A stretch of DNA of 64,000 nt, taken from NCBI GenBank assembly GCA_020184695.1, contig JAANOX010000276.1:155890-219889 (forward strand), written 5' to 3'. Under the pieces are notes generated by a model. That model had not been told where the DNA came from. It made no database searches and was given only the letters and a program-made list of their open reading frames with translations. How positions within the stretch are numbered: the first letter of the stretch is position 1; the number at the start of each line of letters is the position of its first letter. The position numbers were made by a program, and so were the translations under genes. Source of the stretch: Histomonas meleagridis 2922-C6/04-290x (taxonomy: Eukaryota > Protista > Parabasalia). This document shows positions 11,224-23,070 of the stretch, piece by piece.

Positions 11224-12654
11224 TTATTTTTTTGAATAAAACTTTTCCAAACCTTTTGCTATTTTTGGATCTTCTACTAAGAACTTAAACATTGCTAAAC
11301 ATGTCAACTTCCCAATCATTCTGTAATCTTCGATAGTAAATTGCAACAATGGTTTCACAAGCTTTGATCCCCCGAAACTCATTTCCAATGTATATGAGAA
11401 GGGGATCCAGTATCTGTTATGATATGCAACTCTCATTATATCCATTCCACCGTCGTGCAAAAAGTTAATTGATTGATCATAATCAAAAAATTTACAAATT
11501 TTCGATAAAATTTTTGGAAATTTCATTGTATATTCATTTAATTTACAATTATCATTTGCACATGTGTATATAAATGAATCGAATTGTCTTCGATGTCCAT
11601 GAAAATCTAAAAAGAAAACAACATTACGAGTCTCAGATAATTTATCAACAATTTTTGTTATTTTACTATTCCCTTGCCAAATTCGATTATAGTCAATGCC
11701 TTTTAAACCAGGCCGAAAATAACCACAGACTACGCCATCAATATTCATCATAGGCATTATTAAAAAAGAAAATCTTTCAAGTAATGTTTTCGAATGTATT
11801 TTTTGACTAAACAATTCTTCAATAAATGATTCCATGGCATATGAACTATTCGTTTCGCCTGGATGATGTCGTGCACAAATAATAATAAGAGGTTTCGTTC
11901 CAGTTGGAAACGAGTCTATTTCCTTGGGAAACTCAATGGATGACATTCGATCACTATCCCAGAATATCATTGGCATTGGGATTTTACCAGCGGTTTTGAT
12001 CGGCGCGAAGACTTTGATGTTAAATGAGGACAAAGAACTTAAAAATGATTGAAGCATTGTATAAGTATATGGGTAACTATATGCAAAATATATGGTGTCA
12101 GTTGTATTAACCTCAAATGTAAAAGAAAATGACCAATTCTTGCGATAATTTTTCCATTGTTGTAATGAAGAACTAACTCGAAACCATCCAATACCTTCTG
12201 TTTGATGTTTGCTTTCTGAAAATGCCACAGGTGATACATTATGAGAAATAAGAACAGAGCGTGATGAGAAACCATTAATGATAAAGGTGTATTGACCAGG
12301 TTGAAAATTACTGGCTTTAAAGAAAAACCACTGGCGAGGAAATTTCGGGTCTTTGTAGATTTCTATTGAATATGTATTTGGATCAAGGACAAAAACAGAT
12401 TTTAAATTGGCACATTCGAAATTAGCATCAAATATAAGTTCATTTGAGTTTATCGAAGAGTGGTTTGGAAAGACTTCACGAGATGAGGAAAAATTGAATT
12501 GTGGATTTTTTAGTAAAACTTTTTTTTTAGTGAACGGAAAAGTAATCAAAGAATTTTTAGTGGGTAAGATACAAGGATTTTCTAATCTTTTTTTCGGATT
12601 TGCTCGATCCAATTTTGAGAGAATTTGCTTTTCCATTAAATTTTCATGGTGCAT
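11224..12654 (-). CDS. Cytosolic carboxypeptidase (M14D, CCP/AGBL tubulin deglutamylase-like)
   Basis: FECANL and QWFFF N-domain motifs, ARHHPGE and FHGH zinc ligands, NIDGV..G.FR, DYNR, SYTLEMSFGG. Confidence 0.88.
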   Translation of the reverse strand: MHHENLMEKQILSKLDRANPKKRLENPCILPTKNSLITFPFTKKKVLLKNPQFNFSSSREVFPNHSSINSNELIFDANFECANLKSVFVLDPNTYSIEIYKDPKFPRQWFFFKASNFQPGQYTFIINGFSSRSVLISHNVSPVAFSESKHQTEGIGWFRVSSSLQQWKNYRKNWSFSFTFEVNTTDTIYFAYSYPYTYTMLQSFLSSLSSFNIKVFAPIKTAGKIPMPMIFWDSDRMSSIEFPKEIDSFPTGTKPLIIICARHHPGETNSSYAMESFIEELFSQKIHSKTLLERFSFLIMPMMNIDGVVCGYFRPGLKGIDYNRIWQGNSKITKIVDKLSETRNVVFFLDFHGHRRQFDSFIYTCANDNCKLNEYTMKFPKILSKICKFFDYDQSINFLHDGGMDIMRVAYHNRYWIPFSYTLEMSFGGSKLVKPLLQFTIEDYRMIGKLTCLAMFKFLVEDPKIAKGLEKFYSKK

Positions 12655-12905
12655 GATTATTGAGTGTTTTATTTCAAAAGTGTATAACAAAGCTTCACTT
12701 GCTCAAACAATGGTATTACTTGTACAATAAACATGTTTACGTTGTTTCATATAAAGCAGTTATTAAGATTAAGCTAACTTACAATTGGCTAATTATTTCC
12801 CATGTGTTCAAATATAATAAATAAAATATGAAATAACTTAAATAATGAAAAACTATATCATACAAATAGCATAACTCCTATAAAAAAATTTATTCATATT
12901 ATATT

Positions 12906-14003
12906 CTAAATATCATATACGAAAATCCACAGAAGAGAAACAGGTATTGACACCAAATTTGTCCAAACAAAAGTAAATGTTGGCGAATCCATTTTCATTT
13001 TCAACTTATTATAACACAAAGAGAATGCATCCAATCCCATTGGCGATGCATACATCATTGTAATTATAGCCCTTTCAGTCTTACTTCGACCGAATGCGAG
13101 TCCCCAAAGTACAGAAATCAATGGCACAGCAATTGTCTTAATTAGTATGTATGGCAAAGTTTCAACAGCATGGAACCCTAAAAATGGATGTTCATAAAGA
13201 AGGCCTCCGGAAACAAAAAGGCCAGCAGCATAAAGAGCTTTTTGGTGATCTTGTGTGAAGGTATCAATTATTGTAGGCATGGTCCAACCAATAGCACTCC
13301 AAATGAGACCAAGAATAATGCCAACGTTTTGAGGTGTGAGGAATGAAAATAGTATAGCCTTCCATAGAGGTTGTCGTTGATTCTTATCTTTTTCAGATTC
13401 CGATTTTTCGCTGTCTTCACTTTCAAGGTCAATGTCAATATGATCTTCTGGGTCACCTTTGTCAATTCCATCTTCGAGTGGTTCCTCTTCCTCTTCATTT
13501 TTTGATGAAGATTCTTCTGATGTTGTGCCAACAGGATTGTTGTATTTATAAATTAAAATGTTGGCGATTGGATGAACAATTACAGAGTGAACAATGTATG
13601 TGTATACTGCAACATGAACGTATTCATCTCCAAAAATGTATTGAACAAGAGGAATGCCAAAATACTCACCATTGAAAAAACAACAACTTAAAAGTGGCCT
13701 CAGGAAGTAAAATATTTTATATGGACCTTTTCTAATAAAAACATAAATTGTATTTATAAGTAATAATGTGACCTCGATTAAAACCGAAATAATGAATGTA
13801 ACCCAACTTTCATAACTAAGTTTGCTTTTTCCAATTTCCCTAAAAATCATCAGAGAAACACTAACGTTGTGAACAATATTAAATATTAAAATTACATCTT
13901 TTGAATTGAACATTTTCAAGAAACAGCAAAGATATCCAAGAGCCATAATGACATTGTTGCATAATATAATTTCAAAGGCATTTAGATAATCAACGAAAGC
14001 CAT
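12906..14003 (-). CDS. Auxin-efflux-carrier (PIN-like/AEC) family membrane transporter
   Basis: Two hydrophobic halves separated by an acidic loop. Motifs NGEYFGIPL and TPQNVGIILGLIWS resemble N.gy.GlP and nP...a.ilGliws. Confidence 0.7.
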   Translation of the reverse strand: MAFVDYLNAFEIILCNNVIMALGYLCCFLKMFNSKDVILIFNIVHNVSVSLMIFREIGKSKLSYESWVTFIISVLIEVTLLLINTIYVFIRKGPYKIFYFLRPLLSCCFFNGEYFGIPLVQYIFGDEYVHVAVYTYIVHSVIVHPIANILIYKYNNPVGTTSEESSSKNEEEEEPLEDGIDKGDPEDHIDIDLESEDSEKSESEKDKNQRQPLWKAILFSFLTPQNVGIILGLIWSAIGWTMPTIIDTFTQDHQKALYAAGLFVSGGLLYEHPFLGFHAVETLPYILIKTIAVPLISVLWGLAFGRSKTERAIITMMYASPMGLDAFSLCYNKLKMKMDSPTFTFVWTNLVSIPVSLLWIFVYDI

Positions 14004-15234
14004 TTTTTGGGTTGTGTTTTGGGATTATCGTCGTTTTCATAAAAAGTGGAAATTTCTTAAGGGTGACCATCAAAGTTTGCAAAAATCGACCACAGGGAAT
14101 TGAATCCGTTGTTTTCCAAAATTAAATGGTGTGCCGCAGCCGATAGATAGTTATGGAACATTATCGTATAAACAAACTTTAAAATTTTGTAAATAACTCA
14201 TGTTTCATACCAATTTTTCCAGAAGGGAGCAGAAATAGTCTTTTGAGGTCGATTTTTTAGAAAACCACGAAGAACTCAAAGAATGATCATTGAACAATCA
14301 ATGAACTAAATTATTAATAATTCAAAAAGTTCCTTCACAACACCAAATTTGATTTTTATCAAACAATTAAACCATTTACTTAATGAAAGATGTCATTTAT
14401 TAATAAAAGAAATAAATTCATTGACCATACAACATTTTTGACAAATTAATTGGAAACAATTAAATCATTTTTGCATTTTTTATTGTGGTATAACTCAATT
14501 TATAAGATGTTGAATGTGAACATCCATATCGTATTAATTTTTATGAAAATTTATGTAAAATAATATAATAAGAAAAAATAAATTATCATTTATATATCAA
14601 TCATTTACGATATAAAGGGTAAATTCAAGTCTCATGTATGAAACATAGTGATATACCCAATCTTTTGGAATAATTCGAAATTGAATTTCTTATTCACAAA
14701 AAAATTTGTTCAAACGGTTTGAATTATTCATAACAAAGTTTGTCAATTCAAGTTCACAAAGTTTTATTATAATAATAACGCTTATTAATATTAATATTAT
14801 TGGACACGAAAATCTGTCCATCCCGGTACTGTATTAATAAAAGTTACTTTTATGATTTATATATATAAATAGATATCAAGAGGGCATTTATTTTTAATTC
14901 TAGCTTAATAAAAAAAAAAATTTTTTTTATTATATTTTTCTCTTTTGTGCAAAAAATGGATTGCAAATTCCGATTGTTAAAGTTCATAGTTTAGCAATTA
15001 TGCATGGGAACAAAGATTTGTTAAAGTAGGCTACCAATAAATACATGAAAAATCTAATTAAAAGAGTCTTTTAAAAAAGCAATAACGAAATGAAAGCATT
15101 AACAAACAAAATGACTAAAAAAATGGTAAGAACAAATTGAGATCTCTTCGCTCGCATCCAACAACGAAAACGGTTGCTTAACGTACGTAGATATTTTGCC
15201 TTCTTTGTCTGGCATTTTTTATCATTTTAATTTT

Positions 15235-16467
15235 ATGGATAAAAATAAAGAAAAACATTTTTTTGGAATTGATTTAGGTACAACGTATAGTAGTATTGCT
15301 CTGTCGTATGACAACTATAGCCATATTGAATGTATTAGTGACGATTACAATAATATGTCAATCCCATCTTATGTTACAATCCAAAAAGATAATATTCTTA
15401 TTGGTGAAAGTGCAAAGCAACAATATAATCCAGAATCTACATTATATGATATCAAGCGTTTGATTGGTAGACCATATAATAATTTTTTTGTTCAATGTGA
15501 CAAAAAGAACTGGCCATTCAAAGTTGTATGTGGAGATGACAATTTACCTTCTTATGAAATACGATTTGACAATGAAACCAAAAGATATTCACCCATTGAA
15601 GTATCATCTTATATTCTAAACTCTCTTAAGCAACTTGGAAGTGAATATATTGGCCTAAATCCGAATGATACTGATACAATTGGTCAAGTTATTACAGTTC
15701 CAGCGTATTTTAATTCCATTAAACGTGATGCTGTTATGGAAGCAGGGAAACTTGCTGGTCTTAATGTAGTACAAATTATTGATGAGCCGATTGCAGAAGC
15801 CATAGCATTTTGTCACGAGGAAGAAAGTATTTCGCCTCGTAAGTTATTAGTTGTTGATTTTGGGGGAAGTACGCTTGATTTAACTATTTTGCAAAAAGAA
15901 AACAATAGTTATACAATCCTTGCCATTGGAGGTGATATGTATCTTGGTGGGCAAGACATTGATTATATTTTAACTGAATATTTTGCAAAACGATTTGAAG
16001 ATAAATTCAAACAAAATATTCATGAAGATAAATACGCGATGTTTCGGTTAAAAATGGAATGTGAAAAAGCGAAAAAATTCTTATCGCATTGTAATTGTGC
16101 AAGGATATCATGTCCTCCATTATATAATGGAATTGATTTCACTGACTCAATAACACGGCCTGTTTTTGAAGATCTAATTAAAGGACTTTTAAGTGGTATA
16201 TCACGATCAATTGATAATGTATTCATTGAAGCAAGACTTCATAAAGAAGATATCGATGGTGTAATTCTTGTTGGTGGTTCATCAAAAATTCCATGTGTAA
16301 GAAAAATGTTAACGGAAATGTTTGAAGATAAAATTATTTTAAATAGATCAATTGATCCTGAAAAAGCAGTAACATTTGGAGCAGCATTACTCGCAAGATC
16401 AAATGAAGCAAAAAAAGAAAAATGTTATAATGAAAAAGAAAAAAAGAAAAAAAGAAAAAAAAAATAG
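15235..16467 (+). CDS. Hsp70-family ATPase domain with most of the substrate-binding domain missing
   Basis: GIDLGTTYS, VITVPAYFN, IIDEPIAEA, VDFGGSTLD, ILVGGSSKIP, PEKAVTFGAA. A -1-frame tail at 16464-16565 encodes FKIDKNGILNVS. Confidence 0.85.
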   Translation: MDKNKEKHFFGIDLGTTYSSIALSYDNYSHIECISDDYNNMSIPSYVTIQKDNILIGESAKQQYNPESTLYDIKRLIGRPYNNFFVQCDKKNWPFKVVCGDDNLPSYEIRFDNETKRYSPIEVSSYILNSLKQLGSEYIGLNPNDTDTIGQVITVPAYFNSIKRDAVMEAGKLAGLNVVQIIDEPIAEAIAFCHEEESISPRKLLVVDFGGSTLDLTILQKENNSYTILAIGGDMYLGGQDIDYILTEYFAKRFEDKFKQNIHEDKYAMFRLKMECEKAKKFLSHCNCARISCPPLYNGIDFTDSITRPVFEDLIKGLLSGISRSIDNVFIEARLHKEDIDGVILVGGSSKIPCVRKMLTEMFEDKIILNRSIDPEKAVTFGAALLARSNEAKKEKCYNEKEKKKKRKKK

Positions 16468-16942
16468 GTGCAGAATTTAAAATTGATAAAAATGGAATAT
16501 TAAATGTATCAGTGAACGAAATGAATGCAGATGTATCTGCGGGAATCCAACTATGCAAGGAATAAAAAAAGCATTCCAATTATTTCTTTTCATATTTCTT
16601 AATCAGCGAATAGTAACATATTTATATCTTTAGATTCATAAAATATTACAAAAATAATATTCTAATTTGTAACACATGTTTCTGTAATTGGAAACAATTG
16701 ATTTCCAAGAAAACATTTCGAGTGTTAATTCCATCAAATAAAAGTATTTTCAGAATTTAATTTTTTTTTTCACAAATATAGAGCAAGATAAGACAATTAC
16801 TTTTGTGCCAGATAACCAAATCTATAACTCAAATACAAGTATATAAATAGTTAATATTTACAATTATAATCTTTCTAGATATTCTAAATATCATGATTTT
16901 CCTTTTGCCGAAGTCAACGCATTACTAATAAGCTGATCTTTC

Positions 16943-17344
16943 CTAGATTCTGCCTCGAATCCTTTGAGCAAGTTGTACATCTTTTCTCATTAACGTAACA
17001 CGTTTTGCATGTATAGCACAAAGAAGCCCATCTTCAAGCAATCCAACAAGATATGCTTCTGATGCTTGTTGAAGCGCCTCAACTGCATTTACTGACCAAC
17101 GAAAATCGTGTGTTGTCATCTCTGTTGATATTTCCTTTACAAGCCTTGCAAAAGGAAGCTTTCTGATTAATAAATCTGTTGAGCGTTGATATTTTCTTAC
17201 CTCTTTTTGCCATGTATCGCCTGGTCTAAACCTTTTTTTTGTCTGTTTTTGTTCATGAGGTTGTAGTTGTACTCTATGTTTCACAGCTATTTTTCTTTTA
17301 GACCCAATATGAATTGGCGGGCTGCTGCTTCCTTCTGTATTCAT
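16943..17344 (-). CDS. Centromeric histone H3 variant (CenH3/CENP-A-like)
   Basis: H3 histone fold with an unrelated N-tail. Shows CenH3-type changes: Q68>A, F84>W, T107>G and a one-residue longer loop 1. Confidence 0.75.
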   Translation of the reverse strand: MNTEGSSSPPIHIGSKRKIAVKHRVQLQPHEQKQTKKRFRPGDTWQKEVRKYQRSTDLLIRKLPFARLVKEISTEMTTHDFRWSVNAVEALQQASEAYLVGLLEDGLLCAIHAKRVTLMRKDVQLAQRIRGRI

Positions 17345-17647
17345 TAAAGGAGCGTATTATGCCGTTTAGAAATTCCAAAACGAGCCGATCAAAATGGCGG
17401 CTTTTGAAGCTTAACGTTCTTATAATTTATAATCATTATTGAATAATCTTTCTAGTAATCACACAAAGTTAATAAAATATCAACAAAAATGCAACAATAG
17501 AATTGATCAATAAAAATAATAGATTACGTTGGTGATAAACAATTTAATTTTTGTTTCTCCATTTAACACACTCACAATTCATTGAACAAACAATAAAAAA
17601 TTATCGCAAACAATTTTTACATATACAAAAAAAATTCATTTTGATGA

Positions 17648-18592
17648 TTATAACCATTGATCTGTTTCATTATATACCGAATTTTTTATATCATCAATTT
17701 GATTATTTACATTTTCTTCATTTGCTTCATCCATTTTTATTTTACTTTTATCTTTTGATTGCTTTTTGTATTTTTGATGCTTAAACAAAAAGATAACAAT
17801 TCCGATAATGATAGCAATTAATAAAACAGCTGAACAAACAATTGCAATTATATCTGTTTGAGATATTTTATTTGAATTTGGTTCTGCAACTTCATTAGAA
17901 AATAACAACAAATTTGTATAATAGCCAACATAATAAGTGTACTGAACATTTGTGTAATGATAATATATAAATTGTGTCGTAATGAAATAAAAATTTGAAT
18001 CAAAACATGAAATAAAATATGTGTTCAAAATAGACGAAACAAAAATACTTAAAGTTTCAGTATATATTAATGTATATGTGAATGAAAGGGAAACAGATGC
18101 ATGCGTATCATTTGTAAATGTGTCTAATTGTAAATATGTATTCGAATATGTGTTTGATGGCATGAATGCGTTTGATTGTGTAAAAGTATCAGAAAATGTA
18201 TTCGATGACATGAATATGTTTGATTGCGAAAATGTATTTGTTGATGGGATACATTCATCTTGTAAATCGATAGAAAAACCACCAAATGTATCATTTCTGT
18301 ATAAAGGAGTAACCATAACTGTTCTAATTGGAATGTTATTGAATGCAATTTCATGAATTTTTGGTGACTTTTTTCCACCAAAAAATATGCATTTAAGAGA
18401 AGAACAATTATAAAATGCATTAGCTTCAATATTTATAACATTTTCTCCAATAATAACTGTGTTCAAATTTATGCATGAACAAAATGATCCATAACCAATA
18501 GTTGAAACTGATTCAGGAATTACAATATTTTTTAAACTCGTGCAAAACTGAAATGTATCTTGGTTAATTATTGTAATATTTGCTTCAATTTC
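17648..18592 (-). pseudogene. 5'-truncated BspA-like (TpLRR) membrane protein
   Basis: The frame is open from 18592 but is preceded directly by ATG-TGA. It holds about 2 TpLRR units, an S/T-rich stalk, a TM helix (IIAIVCSAVLLIAIIIGIVIFLF) and a tail. It is paralogous to the C-terminal part of 26466-28667. Confidence 0.65.
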
Positions 18593-20325
18593 TCACATAG
18601 CTCAAGACTACGGCTCGTTTTTCTCTTTTCCTTTCGTAAAACAAAATGGAAATTTTGAAAAAAAATTTGTTTGCAATTTTATTATATGAACCATTACGTT
18701 AGATGTGTTGTAAAAATTGTGGCTTAAATCAAAGAAGTTAATGTGACTATATGTGTAGGGGTATGATGAATGGTGCTCCCGGATTTGAAGGGAATTGAAC
18801 GCATCGAATTTTCCGATTTTGTAAACCATGCAAATAAAGCTCATTCAATTGCGTTTCAATTAAAATAATTTCGCCTAAAATATTCTATGGAAATATAAAA
18901 TGACATATACGATACAACAAAAATTTGAATGCTTTTGAAAATTCTTAATATTATGACGAGGGAAATTGAATTAATTCAATTTTCAATCAACAATTTGTAT
19001 CGTTGCATTCATCATTAAACTTTCATATGTCTCAAAATTTGATGAATATAATACAAAATGGTAAAAACGTAATTTTGTGAAGAACCAGCACTTGATCGCA
19101 TATGTTAAATCGAAGTTAATTTATGTACATATTAATATCAAATTATATAAAAAAATATACATGCGAAAATTTTATAAATATTCGATGCAATGAATCGAAT
19201 ATGTATTTCTTATCATAATTTTATTTGAATACAATATTCCATTTTTAATGAGATTATATAATACATTTTATATAAATTAGATATATACCTATCTACCGAT
19301 CGAAAAAATATATATTTTGATCAATATCATAATTAAAACATTAATCAAATTTGAGCCACTCAATAAATTTTTAAATTTACAATATATGAAGAATATAATC
19401 ATTAACATGAACAATCATTCTCTGAATATAATTAATATAAGTATTTGATAATATGTCAATATTAACAATTTATAATCGATAAGAATATTTTTGTCTCGAA
19501 GAATGTTTTATATTGGCAATAATAATATGTTTAATATATTATCTAACTCTATATAATTCACATGATGATTTCTTTTTTGAATGATATACTGTATGATATA
19601 ATAAAATTCAATATCGATATTAATGAGAGATTCGATCGTTGCTTAACAAAATTAATTTTATTTTCAAATAATAATATACATTAATCGTTGTTATAATATT
19701 ATGAAGAAAGACTTTGTTGTTATAATATTATGAAGAAAGTCACGATCAAAAACTATTTCGGTACAACTCTAATATATTGCAATTATAAAATGTTATTTAA
19801 TGATATTTTTCAGTTTATTGTATTTTGCTTATATGTGAAGAAATTAGAGAAATGATGCTTTTGATTATTTTTACTTATTCTTCAAAACATCTGCAAAGGT
19901 ATCATAGATAACAGCACATTCCACTGAATGGGAAGATATAACTTAAGATGAAAAAAATTCAATTTTTGAATTTTGATTGCCATATTCAAAGTCATAATTA
20001 ATTTTCATCAACCAACAAATAAATTTTATTATTATATATGAATTCAAAAAATATATCTTAATATCTTAAAAAAATATCATATTTCATAAAACTTAATACT
20101 TTATATATGTTTTAACATATCGAAAATCTCTTCCCACCAAATTTATTTCATGAAGTATAGTATCTTTTTTTCAATTTAGATGGGATCAGCAGAAGATTCC
20201 TTTGTAATTTTTCGCATATGTAAAGCAGCTCCTTCTACTAAAGATTTTTGAATACTTTTTCAATTCAAAACGATAAATTTCAGCACAAAAATAGAATCGA
20301 CTACAACATAAGTTTAGTTCTTCCA

Positions 20326-23070
20326 TTACTCCAATGGCTCAGGCACTTTATCCTTCACAATTCTTACAGCCGACAACTTAATTCCGTTATATTCCTTATT
20401 CAATTCCTTAAATATGAACTTTGCTGCTCTCGAGTCTATTGGCTGTATCACCACTCTTTTCTTATCTTTTTCGACGGCTGATTTTGTGATTTTCATTTCG
20501 TATTTACCTTTTCCTTCGCAGAGCCCTTTAATTATTTCTTCATTTATCTCATTTGGTAATGGGTCCATAACTATCGCTTGTTTATTTGACTCTTTTTTCT
20601 CTCTTTTAGCAGGTTCCGGAAACGTGAACGGTGGCGGATTTAATATATCTTCGACTCTAACGCGATTTGGTTTAATCTCTTTAATGCCAAGGAAATAATC
20701 CCTAATTAACTTATACACTTTATTCGCGACGGAGTTCTTATCGGTATAAATTATTGCTCTTTTCATACCTTCAAACTTAGGTGAATCATTAATAAATACA
20801 TGACAGAAGTTGATGTACTGTAATGTACATGCTGATTGTATTTGTTCGATTGTGGTCGTCGCCAAAATTGGATCAATTAAGATCGCAATTCGATATTTAC
20901 ATTCTTCGCAAAGTTTGTTGGGAGCTTCAACTTTGGTTAACATGAGTTCTTCCGGATTTAAGACATTACCAAAGTCGTAAACAGTAGTAACATACGCATT
21001 GTTGATGTCTTGGAGTATGTTTTGCGCTTCTTCTTCATGTTTCATCATGACATATGTGTTGCCATGAGAAAAGATAAATCGCTGAACAGTGCCATACGTT
21101 TGGCATTGCGCGTATAATGAGTCGTCTTCTTCATCAATGAATGTGACCCATTGTTTACGTTGATTCGTTTTCCAAAATGATGCGCCAATATGTCCGCCAT
21201 TGAGTATCGCGGTTCGAATGAATAACCCATCTATAGAACTGTGAGTTAAGGATTCTCGGGCTTTGGAGGCGGATTCAGATGTGGAAAACGTGACTTCTTT
21301 GATGTTTAATTCCATGAGATCATTGAGATCTCGAGTAATGATATTGGTAATTGTCCCAAATTGACTACAGAGTGTAAGAATTTTGGAGTCTGTGGTTTGG
21401 AATCCTAAATCTCGTATAACTATGGTATTAAGTTCTGGAATGATTTGAGATAAAGGTTCATTTGTGTTGGCTAACTGTGCTTCTTGGATGTTATAAAATT
21501 GAACACGGCCATAATTAAAGCGTGAATCGTAATAGGCTTGATAGATTGTTCCATACTTGGAATATTTGGCGCGGAGTGATTGTGAATCTAAATTTTCTGA
21601 AACTTGAAGTTCAAATTGACGCATAAATCTAAGGTGTGGTTCTTCTGTAAAACGCGCAACACGAATTTCATATCCATTTACATTTGTGTAGTTCACTTTT
21701 TGAATTGACTCTTCAGCTTCATTAACGGTCGAAAAAGTGACTATTGCACTTTTTGGAACGTTTTCGTCTGATCGTCTTAACGTGTACGCGTCGGTTATGA
21801 GGCCGATACCATTGAAAAGTGACTTTATCTCTTTGATGGTAAAAGTTGGAGGAAGATTTGAGATACGAATCATTGGTAAGAAGTGAGGGAAGTCAAATAT
21901 TTCGAGTTTTGTACCCCTTATAATCAAGTTAGGTAGGAATAGCTTCATAAGATAAGAGCTTTTAGCTAATCTTGGTTCAATAATTATATATGAATCTTTT
22001 ACGGAATAAGTTGTATTTGTTCCAAAACAAATGAAGAGGTCTTCCAAAACATCAGTATTTTCAATAGGGAAATCCTTCATGAACAAAAAATCATAATCAG
22101 TTGAATCTTTCGGATCAATATTTGACTCGATTTTTGTAATTGAATCACATTCCACTTTAATATCTTTGATTTCTTTAGGGTTAAACCAAGATACGAACAA
22201 ATATGTCTTGTCCTTAAATGTAAATGTTGACACAATATCAAGATCATCACTTTCGAATATCTTTCGAAGTTGAGTCGGAATTACTGTACCTCTGTAACCA
22301 TTGACAATAAATGGATATGTTCTTTTAATCGAAACACGTTTGAAGAGAATGTTAAATTTCCCTTTTGGTTGTACTTTTCTTCCAATATTTGTTGGATTTG
22401 GTTTGGCTTGCTTTCGTACGCGAGGAACTTTCGGCGCTCTGACGTATTCTTTTGGTGGTGGGAAATTTGGATATGATTTGAAAAGTGCAACAACATCAAA
22501 TGCTGCATAAATGACTTGTGTAACTGAAAGACTTGGGACGCTCCAATCAGATTTGGTAATGTCAGGGTTCTTAAACTCATCAGTTGGCTTGCCAGCAAAT
22601 TGGATTGTCATTTCTCTAAAATTCTCTGAATAATGATATGGAACAAGACGTGTTTTGGCAATGTCTTCGATATTTTGAAGTGAGTGAAAATCAAAATTAA
22701 ACTTTTGTTTGAGATGGATAAAATCATTCCACATGCCTTTGCCATAGAATTTGTTGTTTTTGATGAAATTACATAGATCTTCATTTCCTGGACCATCTGG
22801 ATGACGAATTATTAAAACACCTTTGGAAGAACAGAACTGAAATAAACATAATTCTGTTTCCCATTCTAAATCAATTGCCATTGGATTTCCATCGATAATT
22901 TTATTCAAATATTCAGTGAGATTTGGTGTTTCTGTTGAAATCAATGTAACATCATAAATATCATTTGGGAAAAATTCAATAAGATGTCTTTCTAAAAGCT
23001 CCCATTTGGTGGATAGATATGATAAATAAGGAGGGTTACCTTCCCCGAAATGTATTTCGGTGGGAAGCAT
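20326..23070 (-). CDS. DEDDy 3'-5' exonuclease fused to multiple RRM domains
   Basis: ExoI AIDLEW, ExoII GKGMWND, ExoIII QVIYAAFDVVAL. At least 3 clear RRMs follow (IRISNLPP..AIVTF..EA; IVIRDLGF..FGTI..VTF), plus degenerate ones. Confidence 0.8.
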   Translation of the reverse strand: MLPTEIHFGEGNPPYLSYLSTKWELLERHLIEFFPNDIYDVTLISTETPNLTEYLNKIIDGNPMAIDLEWETELCLFQFCSSKGVLIIRHPDGPGNEDLCNFIKNNKFYGKGMWNDFIHLKQKFNFDFHSLQNIEDIAKTRLVPYHYSENFREMTIQFAGKPTDEFKNPDITKSDWSVPSLSVTQVIYAAFDVVALFKSYPNFPPPKEYVRAPKVPRVRKQAKPNPTNIGRKVQPKGKFNILFKRVSIKRTYPFIVNGYRGTVIPTQLRKIFESDDLDIVSTFTFKDKTYLFVSWFNPKEIKDIKVECDSITKIESNIDPKDSTDYDFLFMKDFPIENTDVLEDLFICFGTNTTYSVKDSYIIIEPRLAKSSYLMKLFLPNLIIRGTKLEIFDFPHFLPMIRISNLPPTFTIKEIKSLFNGIGLITDAYTLRRSDENVPKSAIVTFSTVNEAEESIQKVNYTNVNGYEIRVARFTEEPHLRFMRQFELQVSENLDSQSLRAKYSKYGTIYQAYYDSRFNYGRVQFYNIQEAQLANTNEPLSQIIPELNTIVIRDLGFQTTDSKILTLCSQFGTITNIITRDLNDLMELNIKEVTFSTSESASKARESLTHSSIDGLFIRTAILNGGHIGASFWKTNQRKQWVTFIDEEDDSLYAQCQTYGTVQRFIFSHGNTYVMMKHEEEAQNILQDINNAYVTTVYDFGNVLNPEELMLTKVEAPNKLCEECKYRIAILIDPILATTTIEQIQSACTLQYINFCHVFINDSPKFEGMKRAIIYTDKNSVANKVYKLIRDYFLGIKEIKPNRVRVEDILNPPPFTFPEPAKREKKESNKQAIVMDPLPNEINEEIIKGLCEGKGKYEMKITKSAVEKDKKRVVIQPIDSRAAKFIFKELNKEYNGIKLSAVRIVKDKVPEPLE

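Noticed and set aside
19687-19739. 24-nt direct repeat with a 29-nt period
   Set aside because: It is a two-copy local slippage duplication in AT-rich intergenic DNA.
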